Assembly: GCA_903831595.1 (NCBI GenBank)
Contig: CAIKXY010000001.1
Span: forward strand, 1 to 47,073
Source of the DNA: an uncultured bacterium
GTDB lineage: Bacteria; Patescibacteriota; Minisyncoccia; Phycocordibacterales; GWA1-40-21
DNA length: 47,073 nucleotides
Direction of reading: 5' to 3'
The translations under genes and the position numbers were made by a program. How positions within the stretch are numbered: position 1 is the first letter of the stretch; every line of letters begins with the position of its first letter. This document shows, piece by piece, positions 19,538 to 29,159 of this stretch. The notes below the pieces were generated by a model. The model saw nothing but the letters and a program-made list of their open reading frames with translations, was not told the origin of the DNA and did not search any database.

Positions 19538-22261
19538 ATGAATAATAAGACAAATAAACCAGCAGAATATAATCACACAAAAATAGAAAAAAAGTGGCAG
19601 AAATTTTGGGAGAAAAATAAATCTTTTGTTGTAAAAGAAAACCCTAAAAAGAAGAAGTTTTATGGCCTCATTGAATTTCCTTATCCATCAGGAGACGGTC
19701 TTCATATCGGACATGTAAGAAGTAATACCGCGATGGATATTATTTGTAGAAAAAGAAGGATGGAAGGCTACAATGTTTTATATCCGATAGGCTGGGACGC
19801 CTTTGGGTTGCCAACAGAAAATTCTGCAATAAAAACCGGTGTCCATCCAACTATCTTAACGAAAAAAAATACTAATACTTTTAGAAAACAACTTAAATCA
19901 ATTGGATTTTCATTTGATTGGACTCGAGAGATAAATACTTCTGACCCCAAATATTACAAATGGACACAGTGGATATTTTTACAATTTTTTAAAAAAGGAT
20001 TGGCATATAAAAAGAAAATGCTTATCAACTGGTGTCCAAAATGTAAGATTGGACTTGCAAACGAAGAGGTTGTTGATGGAAAATGTGAAAGATGCGGAGC
20101 GACAGTTGAAAAGAGAGAAAAAGAACAATGGATGCTCGCTATCACAAAGTATGCTGATAGGCTCGAAGCTGATTTAGCAGAAGTGAATTATTTAGAGAAA
20201 ATTAAGTTGCAACAGAAAAATTGGATAGGAAAAAGTTATGGTGCTGAATTATGGTTTAATATTAAAAATTCAGAAGAAAAAATTATTGTTTTTACAACAA
20301 GACCAGATACTTTTTACGGAGTTACTTATGTTGTTTTAGCTCCTGAGCATAGACTGATAAAAGAATTAGAGTCACAAATTCAAAATTTTGATGAAGTTGC
20401 TCAATATGTGAAAAATGCAAAAAATAAGTCTGAAATAGAAAGAACAGCTGAAAATAAAGAAAAAACAGGCGTTGAATTGAAAGGAGTCATTGTAAAGCAC
20501 CCAATAACTAAAGCAATAATTCCAGTCTATGTTTCCGATTATGTTTTGGGACACTATGGTACTGGTGCGGTAATGGCAGTGCCAGCTCATGATGATAGAG
20601 ATTATGCTTTTGCGAAAAAGTATAATTTACCGATTACTGAAGTAATATCAGATAAAACAAAAATATTGGTTATTTCAAGATCATTAAAGCCAGAATTTTA
20701 CAAAAAAATTGAGAAACTGGGAACTGTGGTAAAAAAAGATTGGCTCATTGAAGTATATACAGAAAATATTGATGAAGTTTTTGAATTAGCAAAAAACAAT
20801 TTTATTGGTGGGCCATGGTATATACACTCTGAAGGAAAAATTAAAAAAATATTATTTCATTCAGAATTAGAAAATAAAGTTTTTGATTGGAATTCTGAAA
20901 ATGATATTAATAGCGCAAAAGAATATGGAAGAAAAATTGGAATTAAAGAAGAACAGCTAGACTTCAGTGATATAAGACAAGCTTATGTTAATGACGGAAT
21001 TATGATAAATTCCGGAAAATTTAATGGCAGAAAAAATACAGAAATAATGAAAGAAATTACTGAGTATGCTGGAGGCAAAATGGTTACCACATATAAATTG
21101 AGAGACTGGATTTTTTCAAGACAGCATTATTGGGGTGAACCTATCCCAGTTGTTAATTGTCCAAAATGTGGACTTGTTGCATTACCAGAAAAAGACTTAC
21201 CATTAAAATTGCCAATGGTAAAAAAATATCAACCTACAGATAATGGAGAATCTCCTTTAGCATTAATTTCAAAATGGGTAAATACAAAATGTCCGCAATG
21301 TGGTGGTAAGGCAAAAAGGGAAACAGACACAATGCCAAACTGGGCAGGCTCATCTTGGTACTATCTAAGATATACTGATGTAAAAAACAGCAAAAATTTT
21401 GCTGGAGAAGATAAATTAAAATATTGGACGCCGATTGATTGGTATAATGGTGGAATGGAACATGTTACATTGCACCTTTTGTATTCTCGTTTCTGGCACA
21501 AGTTTTTGTTTGATGAAAAATTAGTGCCAACTAGTGAACCATATTTAAAGCGAACAGCTCATGGTTTTATACTTGGTGAGGATGGAGAAAAAATGTCAAA
21601 GTCTAGAGGAAATGTTATCAATCCAGATGAGGTGGTAAAAAACCTTGGGGCTGATTCTTTAAGAATTTACGAAATGTTTATGGGGCCATTTGACCAAGCT
21701 ATTACTTGGAGCACAGACAATATTATTGGTTCTAGAAGATTTATTGAAAGAGTATGGAAATTGCAAGAAAAAGTCGCCAAAAATTATTCAGATAGTGAAG
21801 ATGTTGTTTTGCTATTAAATCAAACAATTAAAAAAGTAACTGAAGATATAGAGAATATGAATTTTAACACAGCAATATCTGGGATGATGATTTTTACAAA
21901 TTGTTTAGAAAACCAAAATAAAATAAACAAAGAAACATATTTGAAGTTTATAACAATCCTTTCGCCTTTTGCTCCACATATTTGTGAAGAGTTGTGGCAA
22001 ATCATGGAAAATAAAAAATCAATCGTTTTAGAAGCATGGCCAAAATACGACGGAACGAAACTAATTTCTTCAAAAGCTAAAATTGTTGTCCAAGTTAATG
22101 GTAAGGTGAGATCTATGATTGAGGTAAAAATGGATTCGTTACAAGGTGAAGTTGAAAAAGAGGCTTTAAAAAATGAAGATGTTGTCAAGTGGACTCTAAA
22201 CAGTAAAATTATCAAGACAATCTTTGTTAAAAACAAAATAATCAACTTTGTTGTTGTTTAG
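19538..22261 (+). CDS. leuS: Leucine--tRNA ligase with an inserted domain of about 110 aa
   Basis: FPYPSG..HIGH, TTRPDT, GTGAVMAVPAHD, KMSKSRGN, VVQVNGKVR. Confidence 0.97.
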   Translation: MNNKTNKPAEYNHTKIEKKWQKFWEKNKSFVVKENPKKKKFYGLIEFPYPSGDGLHIGHVRSNTAMDIICRKRRMEGYNVLYPIGWDAFGLPTENSAIKTGVHPTILTKKNTNTFRKQLKSIGFSFDWTREINTSDPKYYKWTQWIFLQFFKKGLAYKKKMLINWCPKCKIGLANEEVVDGKCERCGATVEKREKEQWMLAITKYADRLEADLAEVNYLEKIKLQQKNWIGKSYGAELWFNIKNSEEKIIVFTTRPDTFYGVTYVVLAPEHRLIKELESQIQNFDEVAQYVKNAKNKSEIERTAENKEKTGVELKGVIVKHPITKAIIPVYVSDYVLGHYGTGAVMAVPAHDDRDYAFAKKYNLPITEVISDKTKILVISRSLKPEFYKKIEKLGTVVKKDWLIEVYTENIDEVFELAKNNFIGGPWYIHSEGKIKKILFHSELENKVFDWNSENDINSAKEYGRKIGIKEEQLDFSDIRQAYVNDGIMINSGKFNGRKNTEIMKEITEYAGGKMVTTYKLRDWIFSRQHYWGEPIPVVNCPKCGLVALPEKDLPLKLPMVKKYQPTDNGESPLALISKWVNTKCPQCGGKAKRETDTMPNWAGSSWYYLRYTDVKNSKNFAGEDKLKYWTPIDWYNGGMEHVTLHLLYSRFWHKFLFDEKLVPTSEPYLKRTAHGFILGEDGEKMSKSRGNVINPDEVVKNLGADSLRIYEMFMGPFDQAITWSTDNIIGSRRFIERVWKLQEKVAKNYSDSEDVVLLLNQTIKKVTEDIENMNFNTAISGMMIFTNCLENQNKINKETYLKFITILSPFAPHICEELWQIMENKKSIVLEAWPKYDGTKLISSKAKIVVQVNGKVRSMIEVKMDSLQGEVEKEALKNEDVVKWTLNSKIIKTIFVKNKIINFVVV

Positions 22262-22345
22262 TCAATAGGTAGTTGACTCTATTATCAATGTATGATAATG
22301 TACTTATATAAATATTAGTGCAAGGTTTTTTAATTTTATTAAAAT

Positions 22346-23380
22346 ATGAAAATAACATTAGGTTTTAAACCAAAGCAATCAGTGAAGAAGCTTCTTCTTG
22401 CATTGCCAGAAAGATCAAGAGATATAATTATTAAAAGATATGGATTGGGTAAGAACCCAGATTTAATGACACTTGATGCTATTGGAAAATCTTATGGTAT
22501 TACTCGTGAAAGAGTTAGACAAATTGAAAACCACGCTATAGCAGCTATTAGAAAATCAAAGAATTATTCAGATGAAAAACCAGTTTTTGATGAGATTGAA
22601 AAAATAATTAACGGCCTTGGTGGAATTGTTGTAGAACAAGATTTACTTGATCATGTTTCAAAAGACCCTTCAATACAGAGTTGCATAAACTTTTTACTTG
22701 TTGTTGGGCATCCTTTCAATAAAATAAAAGAAGATGATGATTTTAAACACAGATGGTTTATTGATAACAACCTCGCTATAAAAATTCAAGGATCACTTAA
22801 AAAATTATATGAGAATCTAAAAGATGATGAACTTATTTCTGAACAAGAAATGATAAAAACATTTTTAAGCTATATTGAAGATGTTTCTGAACAATATAGA
22901 ACAGAAGAGATCGCAAAAAGATGGCTTAACTTATCAAAGAAAATCTCAAAAAATCCACTTGGCGAATGGGGTAAAACAGCTTCAGCAAATATTAGTATTA
23001 AAGGTGTAAGAGATTATGCATATTTAGTAATTAGAAAGCATGGTTCACCTATTCACTTTAAAGAAGTCGCAAAAGCAATAACAACTGTATTTAATAAAAA
23101 AGCGCATATTGCTACTACACATAATGAGCTTATAAAAGATCCAAGATTTGTCCTTGTAGGAAGAGGTTTATATGCACTTTCAGAATGGGGATATATAAGC
23201 GGTGTTGTTAAAGATGTTATAAAGAAAGTATTAGAAAAAAACGGACCAATGACAAAGAAAGAGATAGTGGAAAAAGTTATGAAAGAAAGATATGTCAAGG
23301 AGAACACTATTGTTATCAATCTCCAAAATAAAAAGTACTTTACAAAAAATAAGGATGGAAAATACGAGGTTGTAAAATAA
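22346..23380 (+). CDS. Sigma-70 region-4-like HTH plus HARE-HTH (RNA polymerase delta-like) protein
   Basis: TLDAIGKSYGITRERVRQIE at the N-terminus; HNELIKDPRFVLVGRGLYALSEWGY near the C-terminus. Confidence 0.8.
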   Translation: MKITLGFKPKQSVKKLLLALPERSRDIIIKRYGLGKNPDLMTLDAIGKSYGITRERVRQIENHAIAAIRKSKNYSDEKPVFDEIEKIINGLGGIVVEQDLLDHVSKDPSIQSCINFLLVVGHPFNKIKEDDDFKHRWFIDNNLAIKIQGSLKKLYENLKDDELISEQEMIKTFLSYIEDVSEQYRTEEIAKRWLNLSKKISKNPLGEWGKTASANISIKGVRDYAYLVIRKHGSPIHFKEVAKAITTVFNKKAHIATTHNELIKDPRFVLVGRGLYALSEWGYISGVVKDVIKKVLEKNGPMTKKEIVEKVMKERYVKENTIVINLQNKKYFTKNKDGKYEVVK

Positions 23381-23391
23381 TATCATTAAAT

Positions 23392-23434
23392 AAACAAAAG
23401 GGCGGGCTCGCTAAGTGAGCCCGCCCTTTTGTTT
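23392..23434. terminator. Long GC-rich symmetric terminator hairpin
   Basis: AAACAAAAGGGCGGGCTCGC-taa-GTGAGCCCGCCCTTTTGTTT. Confidence 0.88.
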
Positions 23435-23473
23435 TAATTTGTAATTTTGCTATAATATTAATACAATATTATT

Positions 23474-24760
23474 ATGATTAGTTTTTTATCGAATACATTA
23501 AATTCAGGTTTATATTCTACAACTATTAGGTATTTATTGATTTTGCTTCCAATAGCTTTACCGATCATTTTATTGGTCCTATTTTGGATTGTAAGATTTA
23601 GATGGATCACAATGAATTATATTTATAAGTTGAAGCCTTTTATTATTGAAATAAAATTGCCAAAAGAGATATTAAAATCCCCAGCTGCAATGGAAATATT
23701 TTTTTCATATTTTGCACAGAGAGGTGCTGAAAATTTAAATGAAGCATTTTTAGATGGTAGAACCCGCCCATGTTTCTCTTGTGAAATTGTTTCTACGGGT
23801 GGAGTAGTTAAATTTTTTATTTGGTGTAGTGACTCAAAATGGAAAAATTTAATTGAAACGCAACTTTATGCTCAATATCCAAACCTAGAAATATTTGAAA
23901 CTGAAGATTATACAAAAGATTTTTATTTTGATCCAGATAAATATCCAATGTTTGCGACTCAATATGCACTTGTAAAACCAGATCCGTTTCCAATTAAAAC
24001 TTATATAGATTATGGTTTAGGTTTAGGAGAAGATCAAAAAGAAGAATATAAAATAGATCCATTAACTTCTGTTATTGAGTATATGGGGTCTTTAAAAAAA
24101 GGTGAAAATGCTTGGATTCAAATTCTTATACAAAAACATGAAAAACCTACTATTTTTCACGGCAAGTCTTCGGTTGATAAGATCTTAAAAGATGAAATAA
24201 AAGATGAAATAGAAAAAATAAGAAAGGAGGCAATCCCAGAAGCAGACAAAAAAGATGACAAAGCATTTAAATTTCCAAACCCCACAAAAGGACAAGTGGC
24301 TATAATTTCTGCTTTAGAACGAAGTTCAACAAAAACACCTTTTGAATGTATGATAAGAAGTATTTATATTTGTGAAAAAAATGCATTTTTTCCACCAAAC
24401 ATAGGAGGTTTAGTTGCTGGTGTAAAACAATATTCATCTGCAGATTTAAATGGCTTTAGACCTGATACCGTAACAGAGGGGGATCCTATTAATAGAGATT
24501 TTGCAAGAATATTTCCTTTTTACAAAAAAATATTGGAAAGAAATGTTTTAGATAGGTCAAGAGACCTATTGTATGCATATAAATTAAGATCGTATTTTCA
24601 GCATCCATATAAACATTATGGGAGAAGTCGACCTTTTATTTTAACTACAGAAGAGCTAGCCACGATTTTTCATTTTCCAAGCGGTTTGGTTTCTCAAACA
24701 CCAACTTTGCAAAGAGTTCCTTCTAAAAAGTCAGAAGCACCTTCAAATTTACCTGTATAA
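23474..24760 (+). CDS. Conserved CPR-type membrane-anchored hypothetical protein
   Basis: N-terminal TM; motifs EIKLPKE, SCEIVS, LYAQYP, PIKTY, WIQILI, ILTTEELATIFHFP, EAPSNLP recalled from a CPR family often linked to type IV coupling ATPases. Confidence 0.7.
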   Translation: MISFLSNTLNSGLYSTTIRYLLILLPIALPIILLVLFWIVRFRWITMNYIYKLKPFIIEIKLPKEILKSPAAMEIFFSYFAQRGAENLNEAFLDGRTRPCFSCEIVSTGGVVKFFIWCSDSKWKNLIETQLYAQYPNLEIFETEDYTKDFYFDPDKYPMFATQYALVKPDPFPIKTYIDYGLGLGEDQKEEYKIDPLTSVIEYMGSLKKGENAWIQILIQKHEKPTIFHGKSSVDKILKDEIKDEIEKIRKEAIPEADKKDDKAFKFPNPTKGQVAIISALERSSTKTPFECMIRSIYICEKNAFFPPNIGGLVAGVKQYSSADLNGFRPDTVTEGDPINRDFARIFPFYKKILERNVLDRSRDLLYAYKLRSYFQHPYKHYGRSRPFILTTEELATIFHFPSGLVSQTPTLQRVPSKKSEAPSNLPV

Positions 24761-24772
24761 AAATATTTAAAT

Positions 24773-25777
24773 ATGCCTCTAGAAGAGCAAAAAATAGAAA
24801 CTTATCATCCATTTTTCATAATAGATAATAAAAAGATAATAGTTGTTTGTACAACTATTATTTTACTTTCGATATTATTTTACCAGTTTATTTTGAGTGC
24901 ACCTATAAACTTTCCAGCTGGTCAGATATATGATTTAAAAGATGGTCAGACCTTACCTATTGTTTCAAACAATTTTGCTAGTTCTAATATAATTAGATCA
25001 AGTTTCTTTTTTAAAGCATTTGTATATGTATTTTCAAAAGGAAAGGCTACCCTTATTGAAGGAGATTACGCATTATATAAAAAACAAAGTGTTATTTCAT
25101 TAGCTTGGAGAGTCACTCATGGGTTGCTAGATATTGTGCCAATAAAAATTACTATTCCAGAGGGAACAAATTCATTTGAAATCGCCAATATATTGGCTAA
25201 TAATTTTCCTTCATTTGATAATCAGATATTTTTAAGCATTGTGCAGTCAGAAAAACTTGAAGGGTATCTTTTTCCAGATACATATTTATTTATGCCGAAT
25301 ATGAAAGAAACGGAAATGATTAAAATGATGACTGATAATTACAAAAGAAAAATTGCCGAGCTTGAACCGCAAATAAATAAATTTGGAAAGTCAGAAAGTG
25401 ATGTTATTAAAATGGCTTCGATAATTGAAGAAGAAGGACGAACAACTGAAACTAGAGAAATTATCGCGGGAATTTTATGGAAAAGATTATCGGTAAAGAT
25501 GCCACTACAAGTTGATTCCTCATTTAAATATATCAATGGAAAGACAACTGAAACCCTTACTGCGGATGACCTTAAAATTGACTCACCTTACAACTCTTAC
25601 ACAAACAGGGGATTACCACCTACTCCTATATCAAACCCCGGTCTTGAGGCAATAAAAGCCACAATAAACCCAATAAAAACACCATATTTCTATTTCCTAT
25701 CTGATAAAGATGGGAATATGCATTATGCTGCGACTTTTGATGAGCATATTGCTAATAAACTAAAATACATTAAATAA
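24773..25777 (+). CDS. mltG: Endolytic transglycosylase MltG
   Basis: ITIPEG, LEGYLFPDTY, ASIIEEE, PLQVD, SPYNSY..GLPPTPISNPG. Confidence 0.95.
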   Translation: MPLEEQKIETYHPFFIIDNKKIIVVCTTIILLSILFYQFILSAPINFPAGQIYDLKDGQTLPIVSNNFASSNIIRSSFFFKAFVYVFSKGKATLIEGDYALYKKQSVISLAWRVTHGLLDIVPIKITIPEGTNSFEIANILANNFPSFDNQIFLSIVQSEKLEGYLFPDTYLFMPNMKETEMIKMMTDNYKRKIAELEPQINKFGKSESDVIKMASIIEEEGRTTETREIIAGILWKRLSVKMPLQVDSSFKYINGKTTETLTADDLKIDSPYNSYTNRGLPPTPISNPGLEAIKATINPIKTPYFYFLSDKDGNMHYAATFDEHIANKLKYIK

Positions 25778-25779
25778 AA

Positions 25780-25806
25780 TATCCCCGAGGTGGAGCCTCG
25801 GGGATA
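25780..25806. repeat. GC-rich inverted repeat between convergent genes
   Basis: TATCCCCGAGG-tggag-CCTCGGGGATA. Confidence 0.75.
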
Positions 25807-25811
25807 ATATT

Positions 25812-26387
25812 CTAAAATGGAAGTGTAAAAGTCATTTTTGAATCTTCTTTCTTATCCCAATTTGTTGTATCTATTTTTATCTCTTTAATCTCTTTTCCAT
25901 CTAAATATTTTAATGATTTATTTTTTTGTGCATATTCATAGATTTCCTTTGTAATTTTTACGTCTTCAATACAGTAATCAATAACTTTTTGCTTCTCTCC
26001 ATTTCTCCACCAAACAATGGCCTCAAGGCCATGCCCACTTTTATTTCTACCCAGTGTCGCTTCAGCTATTATGTCTAACTTTATTCTTCTTCCTAGAGAA
26101 TCCTTCACTTCTTTCAATAAGTCTAAACTTTTTATCTTTGTTAAATCCCCAGAATAATATTTGTTCAATATTGGAATATCAAAATGGTCACTATTAAAGC
26201 CAATTATCATATCTGCTTTTTCAAAAATAGGCCAAAGTTCACTTAAAGTTTCTCTAGTAAAACTACTATATTTATCAGTATCATAGTCATAAATACAAAC
26301 AACAGATAAATCTAGTGCAGCTGGGTCAGTAGAAGCCACATCTTGAAAAATATTACTGGTTTCAATATCAAAAACGATTTTTTTCAT
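25812..26387 (-). CDS. RNase H-like DEDD 3'-5' exonuclease domain protein (YprB-like)
   Basis: FDIET, GFNSDHFDIP, YCIEDV. Confidence 0.88.
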   Translation of the reverse strand: MKKIVFDIETSNIFQDVASTDPAALDLSVVCIYDYDTDKYSSFTRETLSELWPIFEKADMIIGFNSDHFDIPILNKYYSGDLTKIKSLDLLKEVKDSLGRRIKLDIIAEATLGRNKSGHGLEAIVWWRNGEKQKVIDYCIEDVKITKEIYEYAQKNKSLKYLDGKEIKEIKIDTTNWDKKEDSKMTFTLPF

Positions 26388-26437
26388 TATATTTACTGTA
26401 TATATTTAATTAAATTATGCTAGTATTCTATCAAATT

Positions 26438-27190
26438 ATGGAGGTAAAACAACAAATATTAGCTTTATACAAAAATATGGGAGAAACACCACTTGAATGT
26501 TTGGAGCGGTTTAAAATTAATAATCCAGAATACAAAAATGAAAAAATGACTTATGCGGGGCGACTTGATCCACTTGCTGAAGGGTTGCTTTTAGTATTAG
26601 TTGGTGAAGAATGTAAAAATAAAGAAAAATATTTGGGATTAGATAAAGAATATGAAGTCGATGTGCTTTTTGGATTTGCGACTGATACCTATGATGTTTT
26701 GGGACTTGTAACTGAATACGAAAAAACTGACAAGGAAATTATCCAACTTGAAAAAATATTAAAATCTTTTGTTGGTAAGTTTACTCAAAAGTATCCAGCA
26801 TATTCATCAAAAACAATAAATGGAGAAACAATGTTTTCCTTATCTAAAAGTGGAAAGTTAAATGATGATGAGATTCCCAAAAAAGATGTCGAAATAGATA
26901 GTATTGAATTACTAAATCAAAAAACAATATCTAAAAATTATTTAATGAAATATATTAATGATTCTATTGCTCTAGTAAAAGGCGATTTTCGTCAAAACGA
27001 AATTCAAAAAGAATGGGATACTGTAATGGCAAGGTCAGACCTTGACGAATTCAATATTATCTCAATTAAGATTAATTGCTCCAGTGGAACTTATATGCGC
27101 ACTTTAGCAAACTTAATTGGAGAAAAGGTTGGTATTCCGGCTTTAGCTTTAAATATAAAAAGAACAAAAATAGGGAAGTTTAGTATATAA
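26438..27190 (+). CDS. truB: tRNA pseudouridine-55 synthase (no PUA domain)
   Basis: AGRLDPLAEGLL, KEY, TDTYD, YPAYSS, CSSGTYMRTL; start could be 26417. Confidence 0.9.
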   Translation: MEVKQQILALYKNMGETPLECLERFKINNPEYKNEKMTYAGRLDPLAEGLLLVLVGEECKNKEKYLGLDKEYEVDVLFGFATDTYDVLGLVTEYEKTDKEIIQLEKILKSFVGKFTQKYPAYSSKTINGETMFSLSKSGKLNDDEIPKKDVEIDSIELLNQKTISKNYLMKYINDSIALVKGDFRQNEIQKEWDTVMARSDLDEFNIISIKINCSSGTYMRTLANLIGEKVGIPALALNIKRTKIGKFSI

Positions 27191-27230
27191 ATAAAAGGGG
27201 GGTTCGCGAAGCGAACCCCCCTTTTATTTA
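27188..27230. terminator. Bidirectional terminator between truB and typA
   Basis: TAAATAAAAGGGGGGTTCGC-gaa-GCGAACCCCCCTTTTATTTA. Confidence 0.9.
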
Positions 27231-27233
27231 AAA

Positions 27234-29015
27234 TTATCCTTTTCTTTCGTTTTTATCCCTCATCGACTTTGTTAAAAGTTTTTTTCTTAGTCTTACTGTC
27301 TTTGGTGTAATTTCTAGATACTCATCATTTTGCATTGTCTCTAATCCTTTCTCAATATCCATTCTCATTGGTGGGACAAGATACAAAGCTTCATCAGAAC
27401 CAGAAGCACGCATATTTGTAAGAGCTTTATTTTTTGTTGGGTTAACTTCCAAATCTTCACCGTTAAGCACATGTCCGATGACCATTCCTTCATATATTTC
27501 AACTGCTGGGTCAATGTAAAGCACACCTCTTTCTTGAAGATTCCAAAGTGAAAATGCCATTGTTTTTCCTGTGACCATCGAAGTCATTGAGCCAAATTCT
27601 TGTTTTTGTATTTCGCCGGCATAAGGTCTAAAATTTATAAATCTTGAACAAAGAATTCCTAAACCTTTTGTGTCCACAATAAATGCACCCCTGTATCCAA
27701 GAAGTCCACGGGTAGGAATTTCAAAAATCATCCTGACTTGGTTGTCGCGGATTTTCATATCTTTCATAATCCCTTTTCTTTTACCTAGTTTTTCAATAAT
27801 AGTTCCTTGGAATTCTTCTGGGACATCAACTGTGACTTCTTCATAAGGCTCCGACATTACGCCATCAATTTCTTTTACGATTGCGTGCGGCTGGGAAACT
27901 TGAAGTTCAAAACCTTCTCGTCTCATATTTTCTATCAAAATTGCAATGTGAAGCTCACCTCTGCCATAAACAGTTATTGGCTCGCTATTAAAATCTATTC
28001 TTAATCCAACGTTTACTTCAAGTTCTTTTTCAAGTCTTTCTCTTATTTGTCTTCCAGTAACAAATTTACCTTCGCGTCCTGCAAAAGGCGAATCGTTAAC
28101 AAGAAAATTCATAGAAATAGTTGGCTCATCAATATTGATAGCTGGAAGGGGATTTTGCTCTGCATTTTCACAAATTGTTTCTCCAATAAATGCATCAGAA
28201 ATACCGGCAATCATCGCAATATCTCCAGCCGTAGCTTCTTCTACCGCATCTTTTTGAATTCCCTTAAAAGTATAAAGTTTGGTGATTCTTGTGCTTCTTG
28301 TTTCGCCGTTTGGCATTTTTAGGAAAATAGTTTGGCCATCTTTTACTTTTCCATTATAAATTCTGACGATAGCAAGTCTGCCAAGAAAATTATCATAAGC
28401 AAGATTAAAAATCTGTGCTTCGAGTGGTTTTGTAATATCGTTTTTTGCAGGTGGTACTTTTTCAAGAATCATATCTAAAAGGGGAGTCAAATCTTTTTGC
28501 TCATCTTTTGGATCAAGCATTGCTACTCCTTTTCTTCCAACAGCATAAATAACAGGGAAGTTTAGCTGTTCATCATTTGCACCAAGTTCCATAAATAATT
28601 CTAAGACTTCTTCGTGTGCTTCTTCTGGTCTTGCTGCTGGTTTATCAATTTTATTTATAACAACGATTGGTTTTAGCCCAAGTTCTAGTGACTTTTTCAA
28701 AACAAATCTTGTCTGTGGCATAGGACCTTCTTGTGCATCTACGACAAGTAGCACTGTATCTATAGAACGCAAAACTCGCTCAACTTCAGAGCCAAAGTCT
28801 GCGTGACCAGGAGTATCAACGATATTTATTTTTGTTCCTTTATAAAAAATGGAAGTATTTTTTGCATAAATAGTAATACCTCTCTCTTGTTCGAGTTTAT
28901 TACTGTCCATACTGACGCCTTCTTCAACCATTCCTGTTTGTCTAAGAATTGAGTCTGTAAGACAGGTTTTTCCATGGTCAACGTGAGCTATAATTGCGAT
29001 ATTTCTAATTTCCAT
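27234..29015 (-). CDS. typA: Translational GTPase TypA/BipA
   Basis: NIAIIAHVDHGKT, ERGITI, DTPGHADF, GRGELH, PTRGL, NMRASG, LEITPK..RLRK. Confidence 0.97.
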   Translation of the reverse strand: MEIRNIAIIAHVDHGKTCLTDSILRQTGMVEEGVSMDSNKLEQERGITIYAKNTSIFYKGTKINIVDTPGHADFGSEVERVLRSIDTVLLVVDAQEGPMPQTRFVLKKSLELGLKPIVVINKIDKPAARPEEAHEEVLELFMELGANDEQLNFPVIYAVGRKGVAMLDPKDEQKDLTPLLDMILEKVPPAKNDITKPLEAQIFNLAYDNFLGRLAIVRIYNGKVKDGQTIFLKMPNGETRSTRITKLYTFKGIQKDAVEEATAGDIAMIAGISDAFIGETICENAEQNPLPAINIDEPTISMNFLVNDSPFAGREGKFVTGRQIRERLEKELEVNVGLRIDFNSEPITVYGRGELHIAILIENMRREGFELQVSQPHAIVKEIDGVMSEPYEEVTVDVPEEFQGTIIEKLGKRKGIMKDMKIRDNQVRMIFEIPTRGLLGYRGAFIVDTKGLGILCSRFINFRPYAGEIQKQEFGSMTSMVTGKTMAFSLWNLQERGVLYIDPAVEIYEGMVIGHVLNGEDLEVNPTKNKALTNMRASGSDEALYLVPPMRMDIEKGLETMQNDEYLEITPKTVRLRKKLLTKSMRDKNERKG

Positions 29016-29031
29016 AATTTTAAATTAAAAG

Positions 29032-29051
29032 GCCTGCCTGCGCAGGCAGGC
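29032..29051. repeat. Perfect 20-bp palindrome in the typA leader
   Basis: GCCTGCCTGC|GCAGGCAGGC, 16 nt upstream of the typA ATG. Confidence 0.9.
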
Positions 29052-29122
29052 GCCTAAGCACCTTGCTGAATATTTATACCAATTTTTTTACTAAATGTAA
29101 AGGATTTTATAATTATAAATGG

Positions 29123-29154
29123 AAAACCCCTTAGCTTTTTGAGCGAAGGGGTTT
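29123..29154 (-). terminator. Terminator of the large ncRNA candidate
   Basis: On minus AAACCCCTTCGC-tcaaaaa-GCTAAGGGGTTTT, immediately after the RNA closing stem. Confidence 0.75.
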
Positions 29155-29159
29155 GTTTT

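Noticed and set aside
317-28322. Many short antisense or alternate-frame ORFs inside core genes (e.g. 1951..2466, 4583..5008, 21820..22245)
   Set aside because: Shadows of well-supported genes on the opposite strand.
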